Shown here: positions 17,645 through 26,826 of the stretch, piece by piece | How positions within the stretch are numbered: position 1 is the stretch's first letter | Layout: every line of letters starts with the position of its first letter | Origin: Candidatus Wukongarchaeum yapensis | Lineage (GTDB): Archaea; Asgardarchaeota; Wukongarchaeia; Wukongarchaeales; Wukongarchaeaceae | Assembly: GCA_016840425.1 (NCBI GenBank) | Contig: JAEOSI010000001.1 | Coordinates: 1-28,347, forward strand | Length of the DNA: 28,347 nucleotides | Reading direction: 5' to 3' | Position numbers and translations under genes: made by a program | The notes under the pieces: model-generated | Seen by the model: only the letters and a program-made list of their open reading frames with translations | What the model was told of the DNA's origin: nothing | The model's database searches: none

Positions 17645-18751
17645 TCATTTTTCGATTATTGTTTCTTCTTCCACTGCCATTCCAAAATGCCGAGCACTTC
17701 CCGCCAGATGAACAAGTACTTCGTGCCCTTCCTTTAGCTCTGTTACGGCTATGGGTTCTTTGTCCTTTGTAACCAAACGGATAGTTTCGGCATTTTGACA
17801 AAGCGTGCTCATCTCAAAATCCCCTGCCCTCGCTTTGATTAATAGTAGTGGGCGCTTCTCTATTTTTGACCTTCCTACAATAGCGTTACGCGTGGCTCCG
17901 TCCGCATCAACTACAAGCACTTCATCTCCTGAACTGATCTCTGAGAGATATTTTGTTTTTCCATTAGCCATTAAAATATAAGCGTGTACAGGTCCGGCGT
18001 TAACCCTAAAAGGACGTGAAGCTACAAACTCTGTTTCAATGCTTTCGCTGTGAACTAAGAAAAAGGCAGCTGACTGAGAACCTATAAGCATGCCTTCACC
18101 TATCCTCAAAAGAGAACAGGTATCTATGCAAGCTCTATCACCGCTTCCAACCTGTTTAATCTCCACTATTCTTGCGGGAGTTAACTCTAAAAATTCCTCA
18201 GCTGGACGCAAAGCATTGAAAATTTCTTCTATATTCTCTTTTTCTGAAAGCTTCGTTACAACACCGTCTACTCCTAACTCCAAGGTTTCTGCCATAAGTT
18301 TTGCTTCTTGAGCGTCCTTAATCACAAAAAATAGCTCTGTGTCACTCTTATGAAGTTCTGCGATAAGATTTTCAATGGGGATAACTTTCCAATCAGTGGC
18401 AGAAACTACGATAACACTTGCACCCATTTTAGCAGCTTTTACAATATTTTCTTCATCTGCTTTTGATGCTATATTTATTCTTATTCCTACTCGCTGATCT
18501 TGTTTGACTGTTTCAATTTTATCCAGGTCAAACCCTTCCACGAGCCTTAAATCTGTATTTTCCCCTTCAACAGACCAAACTTCCACTCCTTTTCCTCCAA
18601 TTTCCTTGATATCTTTTGAAATTGTTGGATCTGGAGAAATAAACTTTTTAACTCCAATCCCCACAACATGCCTAACAAGCTCTTCATCTAATTTAGAAAC
18701 TCCTGTAACATCCACACAAATCTCTTTTTCTTTCAAATCTTTTCTCTCCAT
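17645..18751 (-). CDS. 3-dehydroquinate synthase II (archaeal AroB')
   Basis: DWKVIPIENLIA, LELGVDG, GDRACIDT, RPFRVNAG, GRSKIEKRPL, QNAETI, RHFG. Confidence 0.95.
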   Translation of the reverse strand: MERKDLKEKEICVDVTGVSKLDEELVRHVVGIGVKKFISPDPTISKDIKEIGGKGVEVWSVEGENTDLRLVEGFDLDKIETVKQDQRVGIRINIASKADEENIVKAAKMGASVIVVSATDWKVIPIENLIAELHKSDTELFFVIKDAQEAKLMAETLELGVDGVVTKLSEKENIEEIFNALRPAEEFLELTPARIVEIKQVGSGDRACIDTCSLLRIGEGMLIGSQSAAFFLVHSESIETEFVASRPFRVNAGPVHAYILMANGKTKYLSEISSGDEVLVVDADGATRNAIVGRSKIEKRPLLLIKARAGDFEMSTLCQNAETIRLVTKDKEPIAVTELKEGHEVLVHLAGSARHFGMAVEEETIIEK

Positions 18752-18762
18752 ATAATGTTTCT

Positions 18763-19548
18763 TTATTTTAAGAACTCCAAAGCCTCCTCTACAGTAGCAC
18801 CATCTACCACTATTGCTCTTACCGCTTTCACAATTGCTGTTGGATTTTCGTGCTGGAACGCATTTCTACCCATAGCCACGCCGATTGCACCCGCATCCAT
18901 AGCACCCTTAATCATTTCCAAGCATTCTCTGTCAGTCTTAGTTTTCGGACCGCCAGCCATCACTAGAGGAACAGGACAGCCTTTAATAACCTCTCTGAAG
19001 CTTTCAGGGGAACCCGTATAATGAGTTTTAACTATATCTGCTCCAAGCTCCGCTCCAATACGGGCAGCATGTGCTGTTATCTTAGGATCATGAGGGTCTT
19101 CAATATCATGTCCTCGTGGATAGAGCATTGCTAAAAGTGGCACTTGAAACTCCTCACATTCTCCCGCAACCTCTCCTAAGATTTCTAACATTTCATGCTC
19201 CATATCATTTCCAACATTAACATGGATAGAAACGGCGTCAACTCCAAGCTTCAAGGCTTCCTCCACAGTACCTACTTGGATCTTAAAATTTGGTTCTGGT
19301 CCAAGGTTTGTGCTGGCTGATAAATGCACAATAACGCCGCAGGAAGGCGCCTTATCTAGAGAGCGTAAAATCCCTTTGTGGAAAAGAACAGCGGTAGCGC
19401 CTCCAGCAACCACTTTATTAATAGTATCTTCAATATCCACTAAGCCTTTGACAGGTCCCACGGTTACACCGTGATCCATAGGGATAATAACAGTCTTACC
19501 ATTCTCTAAAATCCTACTAAGACGCAGTTGCTTACCCGAAAGTACCAA
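18763..19548 (-). CDS. 2-amino-3,7-dideoxy-D-threo-hept-6-ulosonate (ADH) synthase, DhnA-type class I aldolase (AroA')
   Basis: PMDHG, VHLSASTNL, AMLYPRG, ELGADIVKT, AGGPK, GRNAFQ. Directly upstream of DHQ synthase II. TTG 19548 follows GGTGA by 5 nt. Confidence 0.88.
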   Translation of the reverse strand: MVLSGKQLRLSRILENGKTVIIPMDHGVTVGPVKGLVDIEDTINKVVAGGATAVLFHKGILRSLDKAPSCGVIVHLSASTNLGPEPNFKIQVGTVEEALKLGVDAVSIHVNVGNDMEHEMLEILGEVAGECEEFQVPLLAMLYPRGHDIEDPHDPKITAHAARIGAELGADIVKTHYTGSPESFREVIKGCPVPLVMAGGPKTKTDRECLEMIKGAMDAGAIGVAMGRNAFQHENPTAIVKAVRAIVVDGATVEEALEFLK

Positions 19549-19659
19549 AATAATCACCCTAAAACTTTTCAACTATGGCGTTTTTCTAAAAGTTTCTATT
19601 TTTAAGCAATCCCATAGATAGGGAATATCCCTAATTATTATGTTTTTTGCTTTTATCAC

Positions 19660-20715
19660 TTAAACCATGCTTTTTGCCACAACAAGCTCTGCATTCAGCA
19701 AAGCTGCACCTGCTGCACCACGAATAGTATTATGGCCTAGCAAAACCAACCGGATACTTTTTTCGTCCACGCCTTTCCTAATCCTTCCAACTGAAACACT
19801 CATGCCTTTTCCAGCATCTCTGTCCATCCTTGTCTGAGGCCTATCAACCTCTTCTCGCACGATTATAGGATTTTCAGGAGCCATGGGCAACTTTAAATCT
19901 TGAGGTTCTCCCCTAAAATTCCTCAAAATTTTTCCCACTTCACTTAGATTTACTTCTCGTTCAAGCCTTACAAAGACACACTCCAAGTGTCCGTCTATTG
20001 TAGGAACCCTATTGCAAGAAGTAGCAATTTTAAACCCTGCTGGCTCAGCGCCTTCAGAACCAACTTTACCGAGAAGTTTTAGGGTTTCTTTTTCCACTTT
20101 TTCTTCTTCTCCAGAAATCCAAGGAATAACGTTATCAAAAATGTTTAAACTCGCAACACCTGGCAAGCCTGCGCCGGATACAGCTTGCATACTCGCTACA
20201 AAAACCTCAGCAACGCCAAACACATCATTAAGAGGTTTTAAAACCATGGCAAGAGGTATAGTCGTACAATTAGGGTTAGTAACCACAAATCCGTCCATAT
20301 CTCTTTTTTTCTTTTGAATATCGATCAATGAAAGGTGATCCGGGTTAACTTCGGGAATAACCAATGGCACATCAAGCTCCATTCTGTTAGCACTAGCGTT
20401 ACTCGAAACAACCATGCCCTTTGAAGCAAACTTCATCTCAACTTTCCTAGCAACATCAGAAGGCAATGCAGAAAAAAGAATATCTACTCCCTCAACAATC
20501 TCTGGATTGGTGGGCGAGATCTCCATCTTTTTCACATACTCCGGCACTTCCCCTGGTAAAATCCAATTAGCCGCCTCTTCATATCTCCTTCCAGCTGATC
20601 GCTCGCTCGCGGTGATCTCTACAACCTCGAACCAAGGATGATTTTCAAGCAAGCTCAAAAACCTCTGACCTACAGTACCCGTGGCACCCAAAACACAAAC
20701 CTTACGCTTAGCCAC
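19660..20715 (-). CDS. asd: Aspartate-semialdehyde dehydrogenase (archaeal type)
   Basis: GATGTVGQ, NPNCTT (catalytic Cys), QAVSGAG, CNRVPTIDGH, HNTIRGAAG. GTG 20715 after GAGGAG. Confidence 0.96.
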   Translation of the reverse strand: MAKRKVCVLGATGTVGQRFLSLLENHPWFEVVEITASERSAGRRYEEAANWILPGEVPEYVKKMEISPTNPEIVEGVDILFSALPSDVARKVEMKFASKGMVVSSNASANRMELDVPLVIPEVNPDHLSLIDIQKKKRDMDGFVVTNPNCTTIPLAMVLKPLNDVFGVAEVFVASMQAVSGAGLPGVASLNIFDNVIPWISGEEEKVEKETLKLLGKVGSEGAEPAGFKIATSCNRVPTIDGHLECVFVRLEREVNLSEVGKILRNFRGEPQDLKLPMAPENPIIVREEVDRPQTRMDRDAGKGMSVSVGRIRKGVDEKSIRLVLLGHNTIRGAAGAALLNAELVVAKSMV

Positions 20716-20802
20716 AAAAAACTCCTCGCAAACTAAGAGATCTCTCTTTAAAACTGGTCTCCTATAAAACAAAAACACACTAAAAAAATTATCCGTTAAA
20801 CT

Positions 20803-21780
20803 TTATGGTCTTATACCGGCTACCAACCCTAGGTAAATTGCTGCTGTGACAAGGTCTGCCGTTGTCCCTGGATTATGATTGTTACTCCATAAATAGTCGT
20901 CAAATTTTGATATTTTTTGAAAATTTTTTGGTTCAAATATTCCCCCAGCTCTCACTATCTCTGATGCTTTTTCTGAAACTTGTTCAGCAACTTCTATACC
21001 AAACTTTCGTGCAATAAGGGAGTCTGGATAAACCGCTAATAATTCCAAAAAACACTGTAAAATTGCCTTTTCAACATCTCCCTCTGATGAATTATAGGCT
21101 TCTATAAAAACCGGATAACTGTAACTAAACGTTATATCAAAGGCGGAAACGTATTCTTGGGAAATATTGTCCCAAGAAGCGCTCACTTGAAACAGCTCAA
21201 GCAAAGAAACGTTTTTCTCACGTAACTCCCAAAGAGTTTTTTCTTCATCACAAACATCAAATTCAGGAACAGATCCAAGACCTCCACAAGAAGCAACATT
21301 AATCGCCTTGACAACATACACTGAATCTTTTACTGTTGTAGCCCTCAAAACCTCCTCCAATCCCCGCCTTATACCTACAATACCCTCCCTTCTAATCAAG
21401 CTTATCCCAGAAGCTACACATAAGGGTATAAGAAGTAATATAATGCCCAGATTAGTGTTTCCTCCCCTATGCCACTTCTTTGTGGAAGAAACCGCGTCAA
21501 ATATAAGGGATCCCATCTTTATCCTGCTTGGATCTTGCTTATTTCTAACCGTTTCCACTCCCTTTATCGCCGCCTCCGTAACTGCTGAATCAATGGCTAC
21601 TGAACTTGCTAAAAAGTGCGAATACCGTGTATCATGAGAGTTATGGAAAGGCGATATGTTTCCAGGTTTCGGCATACTAGCCTCTAACAAACAGGCAAGG
21701 ACTGCGCATTTACGTACGTATTCAACTATTTCTCCGCCTGAAACAGGATAATCCGCTTGGAAAAACATGAAAAACAACAT
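20803..21780 (-). CDS. citG: CitG/MdcB-family triphosphoribosyl-dephospho-CoA synthase-like protein (archaeal type)
   Basis: LEA-x2-PKPGN, GGNTNLG, PDSLIARK, NPGTTADL. Exact start uncertain. Confidence 0.8.
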   Translation of the reverse strand: MLFFMFFQADYPVSGGEIVEYVRKCAVLACLLEASMPKPGNISPFHNSHDTRYSHFLASSVAIDSAVTEAAIKGVETVRNKQDPSRIKMGSLIFDAVSSTKKWHRGGNTNLGIILLLIPLCVASGISLIRREGIVGIRRGLEEVLRATTVKDSVYVVKAINVASCGGLGSVPEFDVCDEEKTLWELREKNVSLLELFQVSASWDNISQEYVSAFDITFSYSYPVFIEAYNSSEGDVEKAILQCFLELLAVYPDSLIARKFGIEVAEQVSEKASEIVRAGGIFEPKNFQKISKFDDYLWSNNHNPGTTADLVTAAIYLGLVAGIRP

Positions 21781-21877
21781 CCTAATCTCTTAACTATCTG
21801 CAAAGGTTTAAAATTGTGCCTATTAAAAATTATACTGTTTTATTCATAAAACGCATATTTCAAGGGGATTTTTTGCT

Positions 21878-23866
21878 TTGAGCAACCCAAAAAATAGTAG
21901 GAAGTATTTTTTAGAAACAATCAGTATTGAAGAGGCAAAAAACCGTTTTTTATCACATTTTTCACCATCAAAAACCGTCGAATCCGTTCCAATTTTTGAA
22001 GCTTACAGCCGTGTTTTAGCAGAAAATATAAGATCAAAAATAGATGTTCCTCCCTTTGATAGGGCTGCAATGGACGGCTACGGCGTAATATCAAGGGACA
22101 CATGGGGAGCAGATGAAGAAAACCCTGTGGTCCTCGAAATTATAGGAGAAATAGGTGCTGGGGAAATCCCAAAAATCGAAGTGGAAGCAGGGAAATGTTT
22201 AGGCATTGCTACAGGAGCTGTAATGCCACGAGGAGCCAACGCTGTAGTCATGGTCGAATATACCGATAGAAAAGAGGATAAAATTTTTATCTACAAACCA
22301 GTCTCCCCTGGAGAAAACGTTTATCCTGCAGGAAAAGATATCATGGCAGGAGAGCTTCTAATCCGCAAAGGCACTGTTCTCTCTGCGAGGGAGATAGGGG
22401 TTTTGTCCGCCATAGGACTTTGCGAAGTCCCCGTTTATAAGAAACCAAAAGTCGCCGTAATCTCTACGGGAAACGAAATAGTTGAACCAGGAAAACCACT
22501 ATCTCCGGGAAAAATTTATGATATTAACGCTGGAACAATAATCGCTTCCGTTGAAGAGTGCGGAGGTGACCCTGTTTTTCTCGGAATTATTAAGGATGAT
22601 CCAGAACAACTTCGAGAAAAAATTGAAAAAGCTTTGACTTTTTCCGACATAATAATTTTCTCCGGGGGAACTTCAAAGGGTCTAGGTGACTTTTCTTACA
22701 GGGTTTTAGACGAGATTGGCGAGCCAGGAATCCTTGTCCACGGCATCTCCGTCCAGCCAGGGAAACCAACTATTATTGCCATAATCAGTGGAAAACCCGT
22801 TTTTGGACTACCGGGTTATCCCACCTCAGCTTTAACAGTTTTCACCCTTCTTGTAGCCCCCATAATCCGTCAAATATCCGGAAAAATGGAAACCCCCCAA
22901 GCCACCCTTAAAGCCAAGATGGCCATAAAAATTAATACCGAAAGCGGCCGAACCCTCCTCCAACCAGTACACCTGATAAACAGGCATGAAAAACTTCAAG
23001 CTTACCCCATCCTTAAAGGAAGCGGCGCTATAAGCACATTAGCAGAAGCTGACGGTTATATAAAAATCCCCCCAGAAAAACAGTTCATCGAAGAGGGAGA
23101 GAAGGTAAACGTTCAACTATTTAGCGAACTTTCCCTCCCAGACCTCATCTTCATCGGAAGCAACGACTTCTGTGTTAACACCATCTTTGAATCCATGCTT
23201 GAAAAAGATCCTAACTTAAAAATTAAGGCAATTAACGTCGGTTCCGAAGGCGGAATCCGCGCAATAGCCGCAGGACAGACAGATATCTCGGGAATTCACC
23301 TCCTCGACCTAAAAACAGGGGAATACAATAAACCCTTCCTAGAAACCTATTCTCTAAAAGAGAAAGCTACCTTGATACGGGGCTATTCACGTCTTCAAGG
23401 CCTTATTATCAGAAAAGATAATCCTCTAAATATCAAAAGCTTAGAAGACGCTATCGAAAAAGGAGTCTTTTTCATAAACCGAAACCCTGGATCAGGAACC
23501 CGTATTCTCTTTGACATGCTCTTAGAAAAAATAGCCGAAAAAAGAAACACCCAACTAAAAGAACTCACAAAAGAAATAAAAGGTTACGAAGTCGAAGCAA
23601 AAACCCACAGCGCCGTGGCCTCCGCTGTATCCATGGGTAAAGCAGACATAGGCATAGCTATTAAAACCGCCTTGATGTTTTACGAAAACTTAGAATTTAT
23701 ACCCCTAAAAGAAGAAAAATACGACTTTCTCATACTCAATGACAGCATGGACAAACCCGGTGTAAATTTATTCATAAAAACTCTAAAGTCAGAAGATTTT
23801 CAGAAAACCGCCGAAAAACTTGAAGGCATAAAAACAGATGAAAATACAGGAAAACCAATCCAATAA
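21878..23866 (+). CDS. moeA: Molybdopterin molybdenum/tungsten transferase MoeA fused to a C-terminal periplasmic-binding-protein domain
   Basis: PPFDRAAMDG, ATGAVMP, STGNE, SGGTS, QPGKP, GLPGYP, then GSND, GSEGG, QGL, NRNPGSGTR and THSAVA. Confidence 0.94.
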   Translation: MSNPKNSRKYFLETISIEEAKNRFLSHFSPSKTVESVPIFEAYSRVLAENIRSKIDVPPFDRAAMDGYGVISRDTWGADEENPVVLEIIGEIGAGEIPKIEVEAGKCLGIATGAVMPRGANAVVMVEYTDRKEDKIFIYKPVSPGENVYPAGKDIMAGELLIRKGTVLSAREIGVLSAIGLCEVPVYKKPKVAVISTGNEIVEPGKPLSPGKIYDINAGTIIASVEECGGDPVFLGIIKDDPEQLREKIEKALTFSDIIIFSGGTSKGLGDFSYRVLDEIGEPGILVHGISVQPGKPTIIAIISGKPVFGLPGYPTSALTVFTLLVAPIIRQISGKMETPQATLKAKMAIKINTESGRTLLQPVHLINRHEKLQAYPILKGSGAISTLAEADGYIKIPPEKQFIEEGEKVNVQLFSELSLPDLIFIGSNDFCVNTIFESMLEKDPNLKIKAINVGSEGGIRAIAAGQTDISGIHLLDLKTGEYNKPFLETYSLKEKATLIRGYSRLQGLIIRKDNPLNIKSLEDAIEKGVFFINRNPGSGTRILFDMLLEKIAEKRNTQLKELTKEIKGYEVEAKTHSAVASAVSMGKADIGIAIKTALMFYENLEFIPLKEEKYDFLILNDSMDKPGVNLFIKTLKSEDFQKTAEKLEGIKTDENTGKPIQ

Positions 23867-24060
23867 AAATAATATAACCACGTTAACCGGTTTTATCTCA
23901 CTTGTGACCAAAAATATGGAAAATACCCCATTATGATTGCGGGTTTTGTACTATCCTTCCTGTAAAACATTTGCCCGTAGAGTCCTTATAAGTCTACAAT
24001 CCCCAACAGACTACGAGTTTCTCTCAAAAGAAAACCTAGAAAAAATTACCGGTCCACTAA

Positions 24061-24273
24061 ATGAAAGAAGATGTTAAAAAAGCAACTTTTAAGGAAGAAA
24101 AGGAGGGAGAAACTAAATTTTTAAAAATTGGGCCGTATACAGAATATGACAGAGTAACGCTGGAAGGACAACTTCCTAAGCCCCGAGGATCTCCCTTTGG
24201 GGACCTATTTGATATGATTGATCTTGGTTCCTCCTGTAAAACATTTTTTATCCAAAAATGTTTTGGTATATAA
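24061..24273 (+). CDS. Hypothetical 70-aa ORF, possibly the distal part of a frameshifted gene starting near 23937
   Basis: Protein-like charged composition. No SD. TAA immediately precedes the ATG. An overlapping upstream 46-codon frame exists. Confidence 0.3.
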   Translation: MKEDVKKATFKEEKEGETKFLKIGPYTEYDRVTLEGQLPKPRGSPFGDLFDMIDLGSSCKTFFIQKCFGI

Positions 24274-24276
24274 CCC

Positions 24277-24855
24277 TCACCAAAATGATCCCCTATAATG
24301 ACCTGTTACCGGACACCCCAGACAACGATCAAGGTCGTAATATGAACATTCACCACAGTTAGCATCACAAGGTGCTTTATCAGCTTTTTCTACCTCCAAT
24401 TTAATAGGTAAAATTTGATCCTTATTACTTGTGATAACGATTCCAAAGTCAACCGTTTGAATATCTGGGTTACACCTAAAATGTCCGTCTACAATCGCTT
24501 CTAAAGTCGCTATATCCTCGCTTACAAAAAACAAGCATAGATTGTTTTTTCCCGCTATAACAAATCCGTTAAGGAAATAGGGACATTTTTCAAATTGCCG
24601 CAAAATGTTTATCGTGTTGGTTGCAGTACAGTCCACCTTTGCCAAATAAAGCCCCGATTTTTTGAAGTTTATCCCCAAAGAGGTAGAAACTATTCCCATC
24701 TTTTTGAGCTTCCGTATCCTTACACCCACCGAAGGCTGCGAAATCCCTACCTGTTGAGCTATGGCATTTTGTGATATTTCAGGGTCTTTCTCAAGGATAG
24801 AAACTATTTTTCGATCGATTTCGTCCATTTCAAGCTTAGCTTTACTCAAAACCAC
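24277..24855 (-). CDS. Lrp/AsnC-family transcription regulator with a C-terminal five-Cys extension
   Basis: DEIDRKIVSIL..ISQNAIAQQVGISQPSVGVRIRKL HTH, RAM-like domain, and tail CDANCGECSYYDLDRCLGCP. Start may be ATG 24828. Confidence 0.88.
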   Translation of the reverse strand: MVLSKAKLEMDEIDRKIVSILEKDPEISQNAIAQQVGISQPSVGVRIRKLKKMGIVSTSLGINFKKSGLYLAKVDCTATNTINILRQFEKCPYFLNGFVIAGKNNLCLFFVSEDIATLEAIVDGHFRCNPDIQTVDFGIVITSNKDQILPIKLEVEKADKAPCDANCGECSYYDLDRCLGCPVTGHYRGSFW

Positions 24856-25069
24856 CGCTTCCAGTACTTTTTAATTACTTTTTATTGATTTCTTTTATTT
24901 ATTAACTCGTTTATAAACTATTTGCGAGATTCGTATATAAAAAATTATATGTACTCAATTTCTTTTAAAATAAAGGTTATCACTTAAAAGATAACACCAT
25001 TTAAAACATTTACGCTAAAATATTATCCCAGATTTTTCCAGTACATTCATCCCAGACCTCTTTACTTTC

Positions 25070-25443
25070 TTACATTCTTTTCTTTTCCATTTCGCTTGGT
25101 AGTGATTTTTTCACTACCCGGTAAACGTGGAGTTCATCCTTATCCATAGGTATCCACACAGGCTCTCCCTCTCCTGTCAAAGATTTCCTATACCATCCGA
25201 ACCCGGTAGGCTTTGGGTGGGATTTTCTATACGCTTCTTTTTCCTCCTCAGACCAGTCCTTTATCCAAAACTCAACATGCAATACCACCCCGGTCATGTA
25301 CCCTTGAGCCGAGTTAGATCCACAGGGGTTAATAGTGAGCTCGTGATCGAAAATTTTTCTTGCTTCCCATCACCATATCATAACATGACAAACCTGATAA
25401 GCTATATCTAATAAATTTCGCCACAAAAGCAAAAAATTAACAT
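25070..25443 (-). pseudogene. Probable disrupted gene of unknown function; the 75-aa ORF is its 3' part
   Basis: The frame stays open 24 codons above ATG 25297 to TGA 25372-25370 and stays open beyond it. An SD-supported ATG at 25443 is in another frame (MLIFCFCGEIY*). Confidence 0.45.
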
Positions 25444-25574
25444 TTTTGACCTCTTAATTGTAAAGATGAGATCCCTTATGAAATTCTGAGACTCTTTAGA
25501 GATAGTTTAATCAAATAACAATTTTAATAAACTCTAATAATAAACTACTTTCTCAACGGATCTGGTGTTCAAAA

Positions 25575-26729
25575 ATGTCCCATTCAAAGAGTAACGGTAA
25601 ATATCTGAGAACCACTTTAGAAATACTCCTAATAATAGGGCTTGCAGTGGGGACAACTTACCTCGTCACCGTCGCCCTAGAAAACCACTACGGATCAAAA
25701 AATCCTTTGGTAGTTATAAGCAACCGTGATCAATTCGGAAAATGTAGCATGTCGGAGACTTATGAGTTCGGCGATCTTCTTGTAATAAAAAAGGTTCCAG
25801 CTGATGAAATTAAAGTAGGCGACGTTATTGTTTTTAATAATCCTGATAGTTCAGAACCGATAATACATCGCGTTGTATACGTAAATAACACGGATTCTGA
25901 GAATTACTACTATCTGACAAAGGGTGATAACAATAGACAAATTGACCTTTATTGGATAGCCGAAGGTTATCCGGGCGTACCTTATGAAGAAGTTCACGGT
26001 GTGGTAGTTCACAGAGTTCCATGGGTGGGGAGAATCTCTTTAGCCCTTCAAGGAACTGCTGGGATAATACTCTTAATCAGTATTATTTTTGTAATTCTCT
26101 TATTTTTGATAGTGTTGGAAGGAATAGAAGATCTAGAAACAGAAAATGAAAACTCTGAGAGTAATAAAAATAATAAACAAGGACAAAAAACGGAGGGAAA
26201 AAGCTTTTTAGACATTTTCAGAAAACGTTCCTTCAATCAAAAATTAGCAATAATAGGCTTGATAGCCCTATTTGCTCTCTCGCCCATCGCTCTTCGAAAT
26301 ATGGCTGCAGATTCAGATGATGCCCCAAGCGTAGAAATCTTAGATATTACACCTGAAATCATCGGTGGAACGAACACTTTATCCCCTGAGAATGTACCTC
26401 TTGTTTTTTATGTGGTTGTAAAGCTGCATAATGATGGATTATGGCAACATTCGATGAAAAAAGCCCATCTATTTCCAACATTTGAAGACAAAAATCCCGG
26501 ATACACCTACGAATGGAACGTAGTTTACACCTTCCACGGTGACAAAACAATAAAGGCAGCCGTTATATTCGACAAAAATACTTGGACTTATTTCACCACA
26601 AACTACGGACTTGGAAACTATAATATATCAGTAACGCTAAAAGCATTCATCCATGACCGCATCTCAGGAACAACATGGACGATAAGCAACACGATATCCA
26701 ACGCATTTACAATAAAAGTAGAAAGCTAG
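25575..26729 (+). CDS. Archaeal/Sec11-type signal peptidase I (S26B) with two extra TM helices and a C-terminal extracytoplasmic domain
   Basis: N-terminal TM, Ser (CSMSE), GDLLVI, GDVIVF, His (PIIHRV), TKGDNN..D, VPWVG. About 200 extra residues follow. Confidence 0.85.
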   Translation: MSHSKSNGKYLRTTLEILLIIGLAVGTTYLVTVALENHYGSKNPLVVISNRDQFGKCSMSETYEFGDLLVIKKVPADEIKVGDVIVFNNPDSSEPIIHRVVYVNNTDSENYYYLTKGDNNRQIDLYWIAEGYPGVPYEEVHGVVVHRVPWVGRISLALQGTAGIILLISIIFVILLFLIVLEGIEDLETENENSESNKNNKQGQKTEGKSFLDIFRKRSFNQKLAIIGLIALFALSPIALRNMAADSDDAPSVEILDITPEIIGGTNTLSPENVPLVFYVVVKLHNDGLWQHSMKKAHLFPTFEDKNPGYTYEWNVVYTFHGDKTIKAAVIFDKNTWTYFTTNYGLGNYNISVTLKAFIHDRISGTTWTISNTISNAFTIKVES

Positions 26730-26826
26730 CAAAATAACTAAAACAATAAATAAAAAATAAATCAGCAAAAGAAGTTTGATAATTCTGTATCTTTTACTAT
26801 CTGGTCAATTCTCCCTCCTTTATTTG

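Noticed and set aside
19619-19633. Palindrome TAGGGA-ATA-TCCCTA between asd and ADH synthase
   Set aside because: Only 6-bp arms, and no second copy seen in front of other aro genes. Could be chance or a weak terminator.
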